DNA of 64,000 bases from Gemmatimonadales bacterium (GTDB lineage Bacteria > Gemmatimonadota > Gemmatimonadetes > Gemmatimonadales > GWC2-71-9). The notes beneath the pieces are model-generated. The model ran no database searches, was not told where the DNA came from, and saw only the letters and a program-made list of their open reading frames with translations. The position numbers and the translations under genes were made by a program. Shown in pieces: positions 19,881-29,988 of this stretch; position 1 is the stretch's first letter, and each line of letters opens with the position of its first letter. The stretch spans positions 3,424,001 through 3,488,000 of the forward strand of contig OZ252244.1 in assembly GCA_965249575.1 (NCBI GenBank). The letters are read 5' to 3'.

Positions 19881-21338
19881 GTGACCGACACCGATTCCCA
19901 GCGGTCAAAGGTCCGCCAGCGCCTGGGCCTGCTCCTGGGGCCCGCGATCGCGGTGCTCATGCTCGTATCCCCGGTGCCGGTGGGCATGAGCGTCGCCGCG
20001 TGGCGCACGGCCGCGGTCGGGTGTCTGATGGCCACGTGGTGGGTCACGGAAGCAATCCCGATACCCGCGACGGCGCTTTTGCCGCTGGTGTTGCTCCCAC
20101 TGCTGGGCATCGTCCCCATTGCCACGACCGCGGCGCCCTATGCGAACCCAGTGATCTTCCTTTTTCTCGGGGGATTCGTCATCGCGACGGCCCTGCAGCG
20201 GTGTGGCCTCCATCTCCGCATGGCGCTCAAGATCATCGGAGCGGTGGGCGTACGGCCGGTGAACCTGATCGCCGGCTTCATGGTGGCGACTGCGTTCCTG
20301 TCCATGTGGGTGTCAAACACTGCGACCGTGATCATGATGCTGCCGATGGCGGTTTCCATCGTCGAGTTGATGGAAGGTAGGGGGGCAGGGAATGGACTTC
20401 CCCGGGCGGATTTCGCGGTGGCATTGCTGCTCGGGATCGCCTACGCCTCGAGCATCGGCGGGATCGGCACCCTGATCGGAACGCCGCCCAACGCCTTGCT
20501 CGCCGGATTCGCGTCGGAAACCTACGGGATAGAGATCGGGTTCGGGAGGTGGATGCTCGTCGGCGTGCCGGTCGTGGTAGTTGCACTCCCGCTCTGCTGG
20601 ATTCTGCTCACGCGGGTCGTGTTCCAGGTGCCGCATGACGAAATCCCCGGGGGTGCGGACGTTCTGCAGAATGAACTACTGAAGCTCGGAGCATTGTCCC
20701 GAGCGGAGAAGACCGTGGGGGCGATAACGGTTTGCACTGCGGCGGCCTGGCTGGCTCGGCCGCTCCTAGCACGGGTCGCACCGGGGGTCTCGGACGCGGG
20801 GATCGCCATCGCGGGGGCAGCTGCCCTTTTCGCGGTGCCGATAAGCTGGCGCCGGTTCGAGTTCGCGATGGAGTGGCGGGACGCGGAGCGGCTCCCATGG
20901 GGAGTGCTCGTCTTGTTTGGTGGTGGCCTGTCGCTCGCCGGCGCGATTGAGCACACGGGCCTGGCCCACTACGTTGGCGACGCCCTGTCGGGGCTGGGAG
21001 CGTGGCCGTTCGTGCTCGTCGCGATGGCGGTGACGGCCGTGATCGTGTTTCTAACCGAGCTGACCAGCAACACCGCCACCACCGCGGCTTTTCTGCCAGT
21101 CGTCTCCGCTCTCGCCGTGAGCATAGGGCAGAGTCCCTTGATGTTGGCCATCCCCGCCGTCATGGCTGCGAGTTGCGCGTTCATGATGCCCGTGGCTACA
21201 CCTCCGAACGCCATCGTGTACGCCAGCGGCCGACTCACCATCCCGGTAATGGCGCGTGCGGGAATTCTGCTCAACATCGTGTTCGTGTTTCTCATCACGG
21301 CGGCGACGTTCCTGCTCGCCGTGCGTGTCTTCGGCTAA
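19881..21338 (+). CDS. DASS/SLC13 sodium:dicarboxylate (or sulfate) symporter
   Basis: WWVTEAIP, SMWVSNTAT, TLIGTPPN, TELTSNTAT, FMMPVATPPNAI. Confidence 0.93.
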   Translation: MTDTDSQRSKVRQRLGLLLGPAIAVLMLVSPVPVGMSVAAWRTAAVGCLMATWWVTEAIPIPATALLPLVLLPLLGIVPIATTAAPYANPVIFLFLGGFVIATALQRCGLHLRMALKIIGAVGVRPVNLIAGFMVATAFLSMWVSNTATVIMMLPMAVSIVELMEGRGAGNGLPRADFAVALLLGIAYASSIGGIGTLIGTPPNALLAGFASETYGIEIGFGRWMLVGVPVVVVALPLCWILLTRVVFQVPHDEIPGGADVLQNELLKLGALSRAEKTVGAITVCTAAAWLARPLLARVAPGVSDAGIAIAGAAALFAVPISWRRFEFAMEWRDAERLPWGVLVLFGGGLSLAGAIEHTGLAHYVGDALSGLGAWPFVLVAMAVTAVIVFLTELTSNTATTAAFLPVVSALAVSIGQSPLMLAIPAVMAASCAFMMPVATPPNAIVYASGRLTIPVMARAGILLNIVFVFLITAATFLLAVRVFG

Positions 21339-21454
21339 AGCGGGACGGATTGCGGGACCACGTGCCAGGGAACGCCGTGTACCGGTCCACCGCGAGAACC
21401 GCACGGACCCGTTTTTCTTGTTGGACGCATGCCACGGGGTCTTAGTGTCTTCCC

Positions 21455-21483
21455 TTGACCCGCGTGTAACCCGAGCGTAGGCT
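21455..21483 (+). promoter_or_regulatory. Putative sigma70 promoter of the cox cluster
   Basis: TTGACC-17 bp-TAGGCT about 50 bp before coxS. Confidence 0.5.
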
Positions 21484-21531
21484 ATCGCTCCTACCATTCC
21501 GCGGCGTCCCTTCCGCCAACGGGGGCACTAA

Positions 21532-22026
21532 ATGAAGCATCCAGTGACATTGACCGTGAATGGAGAGACCCGCACGGCTCACGTTGAAGCGCGGGATTTG
21601 CTGGTGCACGTACTGCGCGATCAGCTCGATCTGACGGGGACCCACGTTGGGTGCGACACCAGCCAGTGTGGGGCATGTACCGTGTTGCTCGATGGTAAGG
21701 CGGTGAAGAGCTGTTCGGTACTAGCGATGCAGGCCGACGGCAAGCAGATCACAACGATCGAGGGATTGGCGAACGGTAACGCCTTACATGCGGTTCAGGA
21801 GGCATTCTGGGCCAAGCATGGGCTGCAATGCGGCTTCTGCACCCCGGGTGTGATCATGACGGCCGTGGATCTGCTCGATGAGCATCTCGATCCTTCCGAA
21901 GAACAGATTCGGCACGCCCTGGAGGGCAACTACTGCCGCTGCACGGGCTATCAGAACATCGTCACGAGCATCCGGGAAGCGGCGACCACCATTCGCACCG
22001 GGCAGTCGGCCGGCGCGGCGAGCTGA
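21532..22026 (+). CDS. coxS: Molybdo-hydroxylase 2Fe-2S small subunit (CoxS/CutS family)
   Basis: [26 protein letters not shown]. Confidence 0.93.
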   Translation: MKHPVTLTVNGETRTAHVEARDLLVHVLRDQLDLTGTHVGCDTSQCGACTVLLDGKAVKSCSVLAMQADGKQITTIEGLANGNALHAVQEAFWAKHGLQCGFCTPGVIMTAVDLLDEHLDPSEEQIRHALEGNYCRCTGYQNIVTSIREAATTIRTGQSAGAAS

Positions 22027-22038
22027 GGAGGCGCGCTC

Positions 22039-24393
22039 ATGGCTACGCTGTTCGGCTCCGGCATCAAGCGGCGAGAGGACCCTCGGCTCATTACGGGGAC
22101 GGCAACCTATACTGGCGACGTCAAGTTGCCGGGGATGCTCTATGCCGCCTTTCTGCGCAGCACGCACGCGCACGCGCGACTGAAGGGCGTCGACACGAGT
22201 CACGCCAAATCGGCTACGGGTGTGGTTGCGGTTTACACGGGGGCGGACGTCAAGGATCGCGTTGGGGCGGTGCCCTGCGCCTGGACGGTCCCGGACTGCG
22301 ACCTGAAGCCTCCCCCACACCCGCCACTGGCCGTCGATCGGGTCAGGCACGTCGGCGATGGCGTCGCGCTGGTAATCGCGGAGTCCCGCGCGGAGGCTCG
22401 CGACGCGTTGGATTTGATCGACGTAGCCTACGAGCCGCTCGACGCCGTGACCGATCCCGAGGCGGCGACGAAACCGGGAGCGCCACAGCTCCACGACGAA
22501 GTGCCGTCGAACGTCGCCTTCACCTGGAAGGTCGCGGGCGGAGACGCTGACAAGGCGTTCGCCGAGGCGGAGGCTACGGTTGAGCAACGCCTAGTGCACC
22601 CCAGGCTCCAGGCGACCGCCATCGAGCCCCGCGCCGCCGTTGCGAGTTTCAACGGAGCGATGGGCCAGCTGACGCTCTGGGTAACGAGCCAGAATCCGCA
22701 CATTCACCGGTTTCTGTGTTCGGTAGTGCTGAGCCTCCCCGAACACAAGGTACACGTGATCGCCCCCGAGATCGGCGGGGCGTTCGGGAGCAAAATCCCG
22801 GTGTACGCCGACGAGATCCTGGTCAGTTTCGCGGCGATGGACACGGGTCGGCCGGTCAAGTGGACCGAAGATCGATCGGAGAACTACAAGATCACGACGC
22901 ACGGGCGGGATCACGTCCAGTACGTTTCCCTGTGTGGAAAACGCGACGGCACGATTACGGGTCTCCGAACGAAGGTTTACGCTGGTCTCGGAGGCTACGC
23001 GTCGACCGGAGCACCCGGCGTCCCTACAATTCTCCACGGGCTCATGTACTCCGGCGCATACACGATACCGAGTATTGATGGTACGGTTTTCGGGGTCTAC
23101 ACGACCGGCGCACCGGTGGATGCGTATCGTGGGGCTGGCCGGCCAGAGGCCACATACCTGCTAGAAAGGCTCGTCGACCTGTTCGCGGCCGAAATCGGGA
23201 AGGACCCGATCCAGGTGCGTCGCAAGAACCTCATTCCCAAGGACGCGTTTCCGTACACCGTCGCAACTGGGATAGTCTACGATTCGGGAAACTACCAGGG
23301 CGCGCTCGACAAGGCGCTTGGCATCTTCGACTATGACGCGTTTCGCGCCGAACAGAAGGCCGCCCGCCGAAAGGGCAGGTACCTCGGCGTAGGCGTGACG
23401 ACCTATACGGAAATCTGCGGGCTCGGCCCGTCCCAGGTGGCGGGAGCCGTGGGATTCGGCGGAGGCCTGTATGACAGTGCGCTCGTCCGCGTCTACCCGA
23501 CCGGGGTCATCCGGGTGTACATTGGTGGCAAACCTCACGGGCAGGGAGAGGAGACGACGTTCGCGCAGATCGTCGCGGACGAGCTGGGCGTCCCCATCGA
23601 AGACGTCGAGATCGTCGCCGGTGATACCGAAGCGACTCCGCAGGGATGGGGCACGTATGGGAGCCGCACTACGGCGGTTTGCGGCGTGGCGGTTCTCACG
23701 GCAACACGCCGCGTCAAGGAAAAAGCCAAGAAGCTAGCCGCGCATCTCCTTGAGGCTAACGAAGCCGACCTGGAATGGGAAGACGGCAAGTTCGTGGTCC
23801 GTGGGTCGCCGGATCAGGCGAAGAGCTTCGCGGAGGCCGCGCTGATGGCGAACGTCGCCTGGAATCTCCCAGAGGGAATGGAGCCCGGGCTCGAGGCCAA
23901 CGCGTTCTTCGATCCGTCGAACTTCGTCTATCCCTTCGGCACCCATATCTGCAGCGTCGAGGTCGATGGCGAAACCGGGGAGGTGAAGATCCTGCGATAC
24001 ATCGCTGTGGACGACTGCGGTCCCCAGATCAATCCGATGATTGTCGAAGGGCAAGTTCACGGCGGCGTGGTCCAAGGAATTGGAGAAGCGTTGCAGGAAC
24101 GGGCTGTATACGATGAGGACGGCCAGCTCCTGACCGGAACCATGATGGACTACGCCGTGCCCAAGGCGTCTCAAATGCCGCGCATGGAGATCGATCACAC
24201 CGTCACGCCGTCTCCGGTCAATCCGCTTGGCGTTAAGGGTGTCGGCGAGACCGGTACGATCGCGTCGAGCGTGACCGTAGTGAATGCCGTCTGCGATGCC
24301 CTGGAACCCCTGGGCATCAAGCACATCGACAAGCCGCTGACCCCGGCGCGGGTTTGGGCCGCCATGCGCGAAGCGAAGGGAGGCGCACGATGA
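22039..24393 (+). CDS. Molybdopterin large subunit, form II CoxL-like (xanthine dehydrogenase family)
   Basis: KRREDPRLITG, GGAFGSK, AYRGAGRPE, HGQGEET, GSRT, KGVGETG. Confidence 0.92.
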   Translation: MATLFGSGIKRREDPRLITGTATYTGDVKLPGMLYAAFLRSTHAHARLKGVDTSHAKSATGVVAVYTGADVKDRVGAVPCAWTVPDCDLKPPPHPPLAVDRVRHVGDGVALVIAESRAEARDALDLIDVAYEPLDAVTDPEAATKPGAPQLHDEVPSNVAFTWKVAGGDADKAFAEAEATVEQRLVHPRLQATAIEPRAAVASFNGAMGQLTLWVTSQNPHIHRFLCSVVLSLPEHKVHVIAPEIGGAFGSKIPVYADEILVSFAAMDTGRPVKWTEDRSENYKITTHGRDHVQYVSLCGKRDGTITGLRTKVYAGLGGYASTGAPGVPTILHGLMYSGAYTIPSIDGTVFGVYTTGAPVDAYRGAGRPEATYLLERLVDLFAAEIGKDPIQVRRKNLIPKDAFPYTVATGIVYDSGNYQGALDKALGIFDYDAFRAEQKAARRKGRYLGVGVTTYTEICGLGPSQVAGAVGFGGGLYDSALVRVYPTGVIRVYIGGKPHGQGEETTFAQIVADELGVPIEDVEIVAGDTEATPQGWGTYGSRTTAVCGVAVLTATRRVKEKAKKLAAHLLEANEADLEWEDGKFVVRGSPDQAKSFAEAALMANVAWNLPEGMEPGLEANAFFDPSNFVYPFGTHICSVEVDGETGEVKILRYIAVDDCGPQINPMIVEGQVHGGVVQGIGEALQERAVYDEDGQLLTGTMMDYAVPKASQMPRMEIDHTVTPSPVNPLGVKGVGETGTIASSVTVVNAVCDALEPLGIKHIDKPLTPARVWAAMREAKGGAR

Positions 24394-25246
24394 TTCCCGC
24401 TTCGTTTGACTACGCCCGGGCCAAGTCCGTCAACGATGCGCTCAAGGCGTTGGCAGCGGGCGACGGCAGCAAGGTGATCGCTGGCGGACAGAGTCTCATC
24501 CCACTGCTCCGGTTTCGTCTGGCGTCCGCACCCAAGCTGGTCGACATCGGGCACCTGCCGAAACTCAAGGGCGTGCGGAAGGTACGAGGCGGTGTCAGGA
24601 TCGGCGCCACGACGACGTTCCGAGAGCTCTTGGATTCCGAGGTGGTGCGGACAGCGTTTCCCATTATGGCGGAGGCCATCGAAGGTGTCGGTGATCGACA
24701 GGTGAGGAACCGGGGCACGATCGGCGGGAATCTGGCTCATGCCGATCCAGCGTCGGACCTACCCGCCGTGATGCTTGCGCTGGGCGCGTCGTTCACGTTG
24801 AGCGCAAGAGCGGGGAGCGAACGGTCGAGGCACACGCGTTCTTCAAGGGTGCGTTCACTACGGCCTTGAATGACACGGAGCTGTTGACGGAGATTCACGT
24901 CCCGTTCCTCGGAAGCCGCTCGGGGACAGCTTACGTGAGCTTCGAGCAGCCCGCCTCGGGCTATGCCCTGGCCGGCGCCGCTGCGGTGATCGGGTTGTCC
25001 CGCAGCACGGTCAAATCGGCGAGCCTGGCCTTCACGGGTGTGGCGGACACACCGTTTGCCGCCGATACCGGCAGCCTCGTCGACACGAGGGCCGATGACG
25101 GCGCCGTATCGAGCGTAGTCGACTCCGCGCTAGCGAATGTGGACGCGCTCGAGGATATCCATGCGCCCGCGGACTATTGCCTCCACCTCGCAGGCGTGGC
25201 GGCGCGGCGGGCCATCGGGAACGCGGTGGCGCGGGCGAGGCTGTAA
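24390..25246 (+). CDS. coxM: FAD-binding medium subunit (CoxM-like), split by a frameshift near 24805
   Basis: AGGQSLIP, VRNRGTIGGNLAHADPASD in one frame; GERTVEAHAFFKGAFTTALNDTELL continues in the frame of ORF 24866..25246. Confidence 0.85.
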
Positions 25247-25421
25247 CAGGATTGTGCGTCTCGAGTTTGCGGGCGCTCCGGAGATCGCGGCGACGCCGGA
25301 GCGGGCGTGGCGGCGCGGCGGGCCATCGGGAACGCGGTGGCGCGGGCGAGGCTGTAACAGGATTGTGCGTCTCGAGTTTGCGGGCGCTCCGGAGATCGCG
25401 GCGACGCCGGAGCGGGCGTGG
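25193..25421. repeat. Perfect 111-bp tandem duplication spanning the coxM end and coxG start
   Basis: 25193-25303 equals 25304-25414; 7-bp GGCGTGG at 25193, 25304 and 25415. Confidence 0.95.
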
Positions 25422-25817
25422 GACTGCCTCATGGACCATGAGCTCGTCGCTTCGTGCGCGCCTGGCGTGGAAACGGTCGAGCCGCTCGACGAGACGCATT
25501 TCAGGGTCGTGTCTGCGATCGGCGTCGGAGCAATCAAGGCCAGGTTCAAACTCAACGTGGAGCTCACCGATCTGGTCCCACCCACGAGCCTCGAGATAGC
25601 GGTACGGGGCTCGGCGCCCGGGTCTGCGGTCGACGCTCTCACGACGCTCCGGATCGAAGCGCTGGCTGCCGGTCGCAGCCGCCTCAGCTGGACGGCAACG
25701 GCAAATGTCCGTGGGACGCTGGCGAGTGTCGGTTCGCGCCTAATGAAAGGAACGGCGCGAAAACTCACCGAGCAGTTCTGGCAGGATTTTGCGGAACTGG
25801 TAGGGAGTAGGGGTTAG
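25365..25817 (+). CDS. coxG: CoxG (SRPBCC family) accessory protein; alternative in-frame start at 25254 in the first repeat copy
   Basis: IAATPERAWDCLMDHELVASCAPG, GTLASVGSRLM. Confidence 0.85.
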   Translation: MRLEFAGAPEIAATPERAWDCLMDHELVASCAPGVETVEPLDETHFRVVSAIGVGAIKARFKLNVELTDLVPPTSLEIAVRGSAPGSAVDALTTLRIEALAAGRSRLSWTATANVRGTLASVGSRLMKGTARKLTEQFWQDFAELVGSRG

Positions 25818-25882
25818 GGCATAGAGGCATCTCGCCCATACCGAAATCCGAATTCCTACCCCCTACCCCCTACCCCTACTCG
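25801..25882. repeat. Inverted heptamer (STRR-like) arrays
   Basis: TAGGGAG/TAGGGGT/TAGGGCA/TAGAGGC, then (CCTACCC)x3 at 25855-25875. Confidence 0.75.
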
Positions 25883-25891
25883 CCAATCCCC

Positions 25892-26782
25892 ATGTCGATC
25901 CCGAGCATCGAGACACTGCAGAAGCGATTCGCCGACGCGCGGTACGTGGCGGGCCGAGATCTGGCAACTTCCATTTACATCTCGCTCGCACTCGAGCGAC
26001 CGCTCCTGCTCGAGGGAGAAGCTGGTGTAGGGAAAACAGAGGTCGCCGCTAGCCTGGCCCGCGTAATGGACGCCGAGCTCATCCGGCTGCAGTGCTATGA
26101 GGGTATCGACGTCAATACCGCGGTCTACGAGTGGGATTACCCACGTCAGATGCTGCACATACGGATGCTGGAGGCTCGGGGCGAGGCGAAGACGGCCGGC
26201 ACGGGCGACATCTTCAGTGAGGAGTTCCTGATCAAGCGGCCGCTGCTCAGATCATTGGAGGATCGTTCCGGGGAGCCGCCGGTGCTCCTGATTGACGAGG
26301 TGGACCGCGCCGACGAGGAGTTCGAAGCGTTCTTACTGGAGTTGCTCAGTGATTTTGCCGTGACGATTCCCGAGATCGGCACTCTCCGCGCGAAGCGGTC
26401 CCCTAGGGTAATCCTCACGAGCAATCGAACTCGGGAGGTGCACGACGCGCTCAAACGGCGGTGTCTCTACCACTGGATCGATTATCCGACTGCCGAGCGG
26501 GAGTATGCCATTCTCGAGACCCGGCTACCAGGGTACCCGGAGGATTTGGCTCGAGAGGTCGTGTCGTTCGTTCAGCGTCTGCGGACAGCCGATCTGACCA
26601 AGGTCCCCGGTGTCGCGGAAACGCTGGACTGGGCCGCGGCGCTGGTCGCGCTTGGTGCACGGCGTCTCGAGGCTGAGGATGTGGACCGGACACTCGGTGT
26701 ACTGCTCAAGTATCAGGAAGACGTCGTCGCGATGCAGGGCGGGGCGGCGGGAGCGATACTGGCGGAGCTCAAGGCTTCATAA
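25892..26782 (+). CDS. coxD: MoxR-family AAA+ ATPase (CoxD)
   Basis: LLLEGEAGVGKTE, LIRLQCYEG, LLIDEVDRAD, TSNRTRE, ALKRRCLY. Confidence 0.92.
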   Translation: MSIPSIETLQKRFADARYVAGRDLATSIYISLALERPLLLEGEAGVGKTEVAASLARVMDAELIRLQCYEGIDVNTAVYEWDYPRQMLHIRMLEARGEAKTAGTGDIFSEEFLIKRPLLRSLEDRSGEPPVLLIDEVDRADEEFEAFLLELLSDFAVTIPEIGTLRAKRSPRVILTSNRTREVHDALKRRCLYHWIDYPTAEREYAILETRLPGYPEDLAREVVSFVQRLRTADLTKVPGVAETLDWAAALVALGARRLEAEDVDRTLGVLLKYQEDVVAMQGGAAGAILAELKAS

Positions 26783-27928
26783 ATGGTGCACGACGCGCGG
26801 GCAATTTCGGGAAGGCTGCTGGCGGAAAACGTTGTGACCTTCGGCAGACTCTTGCGACGGGTGGGGCTATCGCCCAGCACGCAGGAGATCGAGCTCTTCA
26901 TCCGCGCGCTCACCGCGCTTGGCTTGGCCAACAGGAACGACGCGAAAGCGGCTGGCCGGACGATCTTTACCCGCAGGCGAGAGGAACGCGGCCTCTACGA
27001 GGCCGCGTTCGACTTGTATTGGCGACGATCGACGATAGAGGGTGGGATCTCGGTGCGGCTGCCCCGCATCCGGCAGCGGCCTCAGCGAGGCGGACTGGAG
27101 TTGGGGGAGCAGGTGGCCCGGGCCGACGTACGGGAGTCCGTGACGCCGGTTCGGCCCGACAGCGCTAGCACGCGAGAACAGCTCCGGAACGTCGACTTTG
27201 CCGAGCTTACACCGTCTGAGCTGCGGGACGCGGATCGAATGATCGAGGCGTTACGCCCACGGCTGCCGCACCGGCGAGGCCGGAGGCCAGAGGTGAGCCG
27301 GTCGGGCAGCAGGCCCGCCGCCCGGCGGATGCTGCGCCGGGCGCTGAGTACTGCCGGGGAGCAGCTCGAGTGGCGGTGGCTGCGGCGTACGAAACGGCCG
27401 CGACCGGTCGTGTTGGTGTGTGACATCAGCGGATCTATGGAGCGGTACTCGCGGTTCTTGCTGCGGTTCGCGCATGCCCTCTCGCGGTGCGGAGCTCCCA
27501 TCGAGGCGTTCGTCTTCGGCACCCGGCTGACACGAATCACCCGGCAACTGCGCTCGAGGGACGCGGACGTTGCGCTAGCCAGGGTGGCGGAGCGCGTGGT
27601 TGACTGGAGCGGCGGCACCCAGATCGGACCGAGTCTGAAACAGCTCAACCGCCAGTGGGTGCGGCGCACAATCCGTAGCGGGGCAGTGGTCCTGATCGTG
27701 TCGGATGGATGGGAGCGTGGCGATCCGGAGCTACTCCGAAGGCAGACACAGCTCCTTCGCCGCTCATGTCACCGGCTCGTGTGGCTCACTCCGCTCGCCC
27801 AGCGGCCGGGGTTCCAGCCACTCACGCTGGGGCTCCAGGCGGCGATTCCCCACGTGGATGCGCTCATCCCGTGCGGCAACGTTGCATCCTTGGAGGCACT
27901 GGCGAAGCGGTTGAAGGAATGGGAGTGA
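26783..27928 (+). CDS. coxE: vWA-domain protein (CoxE)
   Basis: CDISGSMERYSR, FVFGTRLTRIT, DWSGGT, IVSDGWERGD. Confidence 0.9.
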   Translation: MVHDARAISGRLLAENVVTFGRLLRRVGLSPSTQEIELFIRALTALGLANRNDAKAAGRTIFTRRREERGLYEAAFDLYWRRSTIEGGISVRLPRIRQRPQRGGLELGEQVARADVRESVTPVRPDSASTREQLRNVDFAELTPSELRDADRMIEALRPRLPHRRGRRPEVSRSGSRPAARRMLRRALSTAGEQLEWRWLRRTKRPRPVVLVCDISGSMERYSRFLLRFAHALSRCGAPIEAFVFGTRLTRITRQLRSRDADVALARVAERVVDWSGGTQIGPSLKQLNRQWVRRTIRSGAVVLIVSDGWERGDPELLRRQTQLLRRSCHRLVWLTPLAQRPGFQPLTLGLQAAIPHVDALIPCGNVASLEALAKRLKEWE

Positions 27929-28016
27929 AGTGCGAATCGATCACGGCGGTGCGAGAGCCCGCGTCGCCCAGGTGAATTCCCCGGGCACTCCCGCAGCGCC
28001 GTCACCGGTTTCGTTT

Positions 28017-28943
28017 CTACATCCGATTACGCTCCCACATGAGGTTGCGTGGAGCAAAATGCCACGTGTACGTCCGAGTGATCAGAGACCCGCCGTTCAG
28101 TCGCGGATCGGGCGTATCCGTTCCGAGCGCAGCCTCGATGCGAACGCCCACAACGTCATCGTAATCGTTGGTGAAGTCCGAATCGCTCAGGTTGACCTCG
28201 GGCGCTTCGTCCCCGTCCAGGAACAGCAGCGTCACGTCGAAACCGTGAACTCCGTAGGCTACGACCTCGCCGTCGAGCGTTCCATCGGCCTTGAACCCCT
28301 GTGCACGCATCAGGCGGTCCGTTTCCTGGTAATACACCACCGGTGTGACTTCCTGGGTGAAGCTACTGAACCGATCCAGCCGGAGGTTGCCCACCAGGCC
28401 GGCAGGATAGCGCAAGAGGGTGTTATGCGACGTGAAGTTGACCGCCGCCGTTTGGGTCGACGGGGTCACGCTCTCGATCAGGATGAGGTGGCGTTTGTCG
28501 TTCACTTGGAGCCGGGCAAGGTCGCCCGCCTTGAGGTCCCACGCGCCGTTGTCCTTCTTGAAGTCGATGCAGCGCGGCCCACACGTGCCTCCGGACGGCA
28601 GCGGATTCGCGGTTCCGGCGGGAGGATCGATCACGTAGGCCGAAGCCTCGTTTGGCTCAAACGGCACGCGAAGGATGATGATGGTATCTCCCCACACGGC
28701 GAGCGTACCAAACGATGGCGTACTTTCCATTCCTACGCCCGTGCCCTGGAAGTCCCGCTCTAGCGACAGGGCGACGAACCGGGCGCTGCGATGAACGTTC
28801 TCCCGAATCTCGTTCGCTCCGAACGTCCGCCATGTCGAGATACCGAGTGATGTCGCCGCCGTCAGCACGAGCACGGCGATGGTCACCGAGATCATGAGCT
28901 CGATGAGGGTAAACCCGGCTTCCCGAGTTCTAGTGTGCCACAT
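28017..28943 (-). CDS. PilW-family type IV minor pilin
   Basis: Class III signal AG|FTLIELMIS; C-terminal VRIE...APRN. Confidence 0.85.
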   Translation of the reverse strand: MWHTRTREAGFTLIELMISVTIAVLVLTAATSLGISTWRTFGANEIRENVHRSARFVALSLERDFQGTGVGMESTPSFGTLAVWGDTIIILRVPFEPNEASAYVIDPPAGTANPLPSGGTCGPRCIDFKKDNGAWDLKAGDLARLQVNDKRHLILIESVTPSTQTAAVNFTSHNTLLRYPAGLVGNLRLDRFSSFTQEVTPVVYYQETDRLMRAQGFKADGTLDGEVVAYGVHGFDVTLLFLDGDEAPEVNLSDSDFTNDYDDVVGVRIEAALGTDTPDPRLNGGSLITRTYTWHFAPRNLMWERNRM

Positions 28944-28953
28944 GTCTTCCTCC

Positions 28954-29340
28954 TCAGGTCGTCGGTACGAACGCCAGGGTCACCAGCTCGATAGGCACGC
29001 TGGACCTTGGAAATTCGACCACGACTTTGACGCGAACCAGGTTTTGGTTTTCGGGGGTCACGACTACGGAACGCGTGTACTTGCCGCCTGAGATCTGGAC
29101 CCCGGCCTCATCGACCTGGACTGCAGGTTCCGACTGTAACGTCCCGGGATCCCGGGAGCGGATCTCTTCCATTCGGGCGCGCGCAATGGAGAGCGCGGTG
29201 GTGCGGCTCGCCACCTTCGACTGGGCGACTAGCACCGCACTGCCGGTTCTGGTCAGCGACAACACGCCGACCGAAAGCAGCACCATCGCCACTAGCACCG
29301 CGATCAGGGTGAACCCACCCTCGGATTTCATCTGTTTCAT
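28954..29340 (-). CDS. PilV-like minor pilin (Ala in place of Glu5)
   Basis: GG|FTLIAVLVAMVLLSVGVLSL, ARARMEEIRS; ATGA overlap with upstream gene. Confidence 0.82.
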   Translation of the reverse strand: MKQMKSEGGFTLIAVLVAMVLLSVGVLSLTRTGSAVLVAQSKVASRTTALSIARARMEEIRSRDPGTLQSEPAVQVDEAGVQISGGKYTRSVVVTPENQNLVRVKVVVEFPRSSVPIELVTLAFVPTT

Positions 29341-29894
29341 TGCCAGGTCCCCCCTCTGTAGACCCATAGCTTGAACGACGCCGAGCCGGAAACCGACACC
29401 GCGGACACGGCCGTGTCATCGTCTTTGTGAACGAAGTAGACCGTACCACGCGTACCGAACGGCTGGGTGATGCCCCGAGTGTCGAACTCGACTTGGGTGT
29501 TCGTGAAGGTCACGGCGCCGCTTCCGACGTCGCCGGGGATGGGCCCGACGCTTCCGCGACCAAACTTGACATCGGGCGGCAGCGTCACCGTGCCGAAAGC
29601 ATTGAGCGCCTGAGTCTCGGCCGCGGACTGGGTGAACACTCCGTCCCGGTCGTCGTCGAGGTATCCGGCGTAGGTGGCCCCGGATACATCGAAGCTCATC
29701 CGCACGGCCTTCTTTGAAGCGAGCGCCCTGGTGCGAGACAGCTCCAAATCCTGCACGAGCTGTCCGGCCGCCGCCCGCGCCTTCCCCTGCGGGCTCACCC
29801 GCAAGCGGGGCACGGCGATCGCGATGACCAAGCCGGTAATCGTGATTACCGTGAGCAGCTCGATGAGGGTGAATCCTCGTTGTGTCCTGTTCAT
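29337..29894 (-). CDS. FimT/GspH-like minor pilin
   Basis: RG|FTLIELLTVITI, LVQDLELSRTRAL, VEFDTRG. Confidence 0.85.
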   Translation of the reverse strand: MNRTQRGFTLIELLTVITITGLVIAIAVPRLRVSPQGKARAAAGQLVQDLELSRTRALASKKAVRMSFDVSGATYAGYLDDDRDGVFTQSAAETQALNAFGTVTLPPDVKFGRGSVGPIPGDVGSGAVTFTNTQVEFDTRGITQPFGTRGTVYFVHKDDDTAVSAVSVSGSASFKLWVYRGGTWQ

Positions 29895-29988
29895 CCTACC
29901 CTCGCTTTGGAGGCCGCTCGGTGTGGGCATCGACTGCATCTGCAGTGCGACCCCCATCACCGATATCGGTCCTCCGCGTACGATTAGC

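Noticed and set aside
22039..24393. Bona fide aerobic CO dehydrogenase
   Set aside because: Lacks the AYxCSFR Cu-binding motif
25193..25421. CRISPR array
   Set aside because: Two adjacent copies of coding sequence with no spacers; no cas genes in the window
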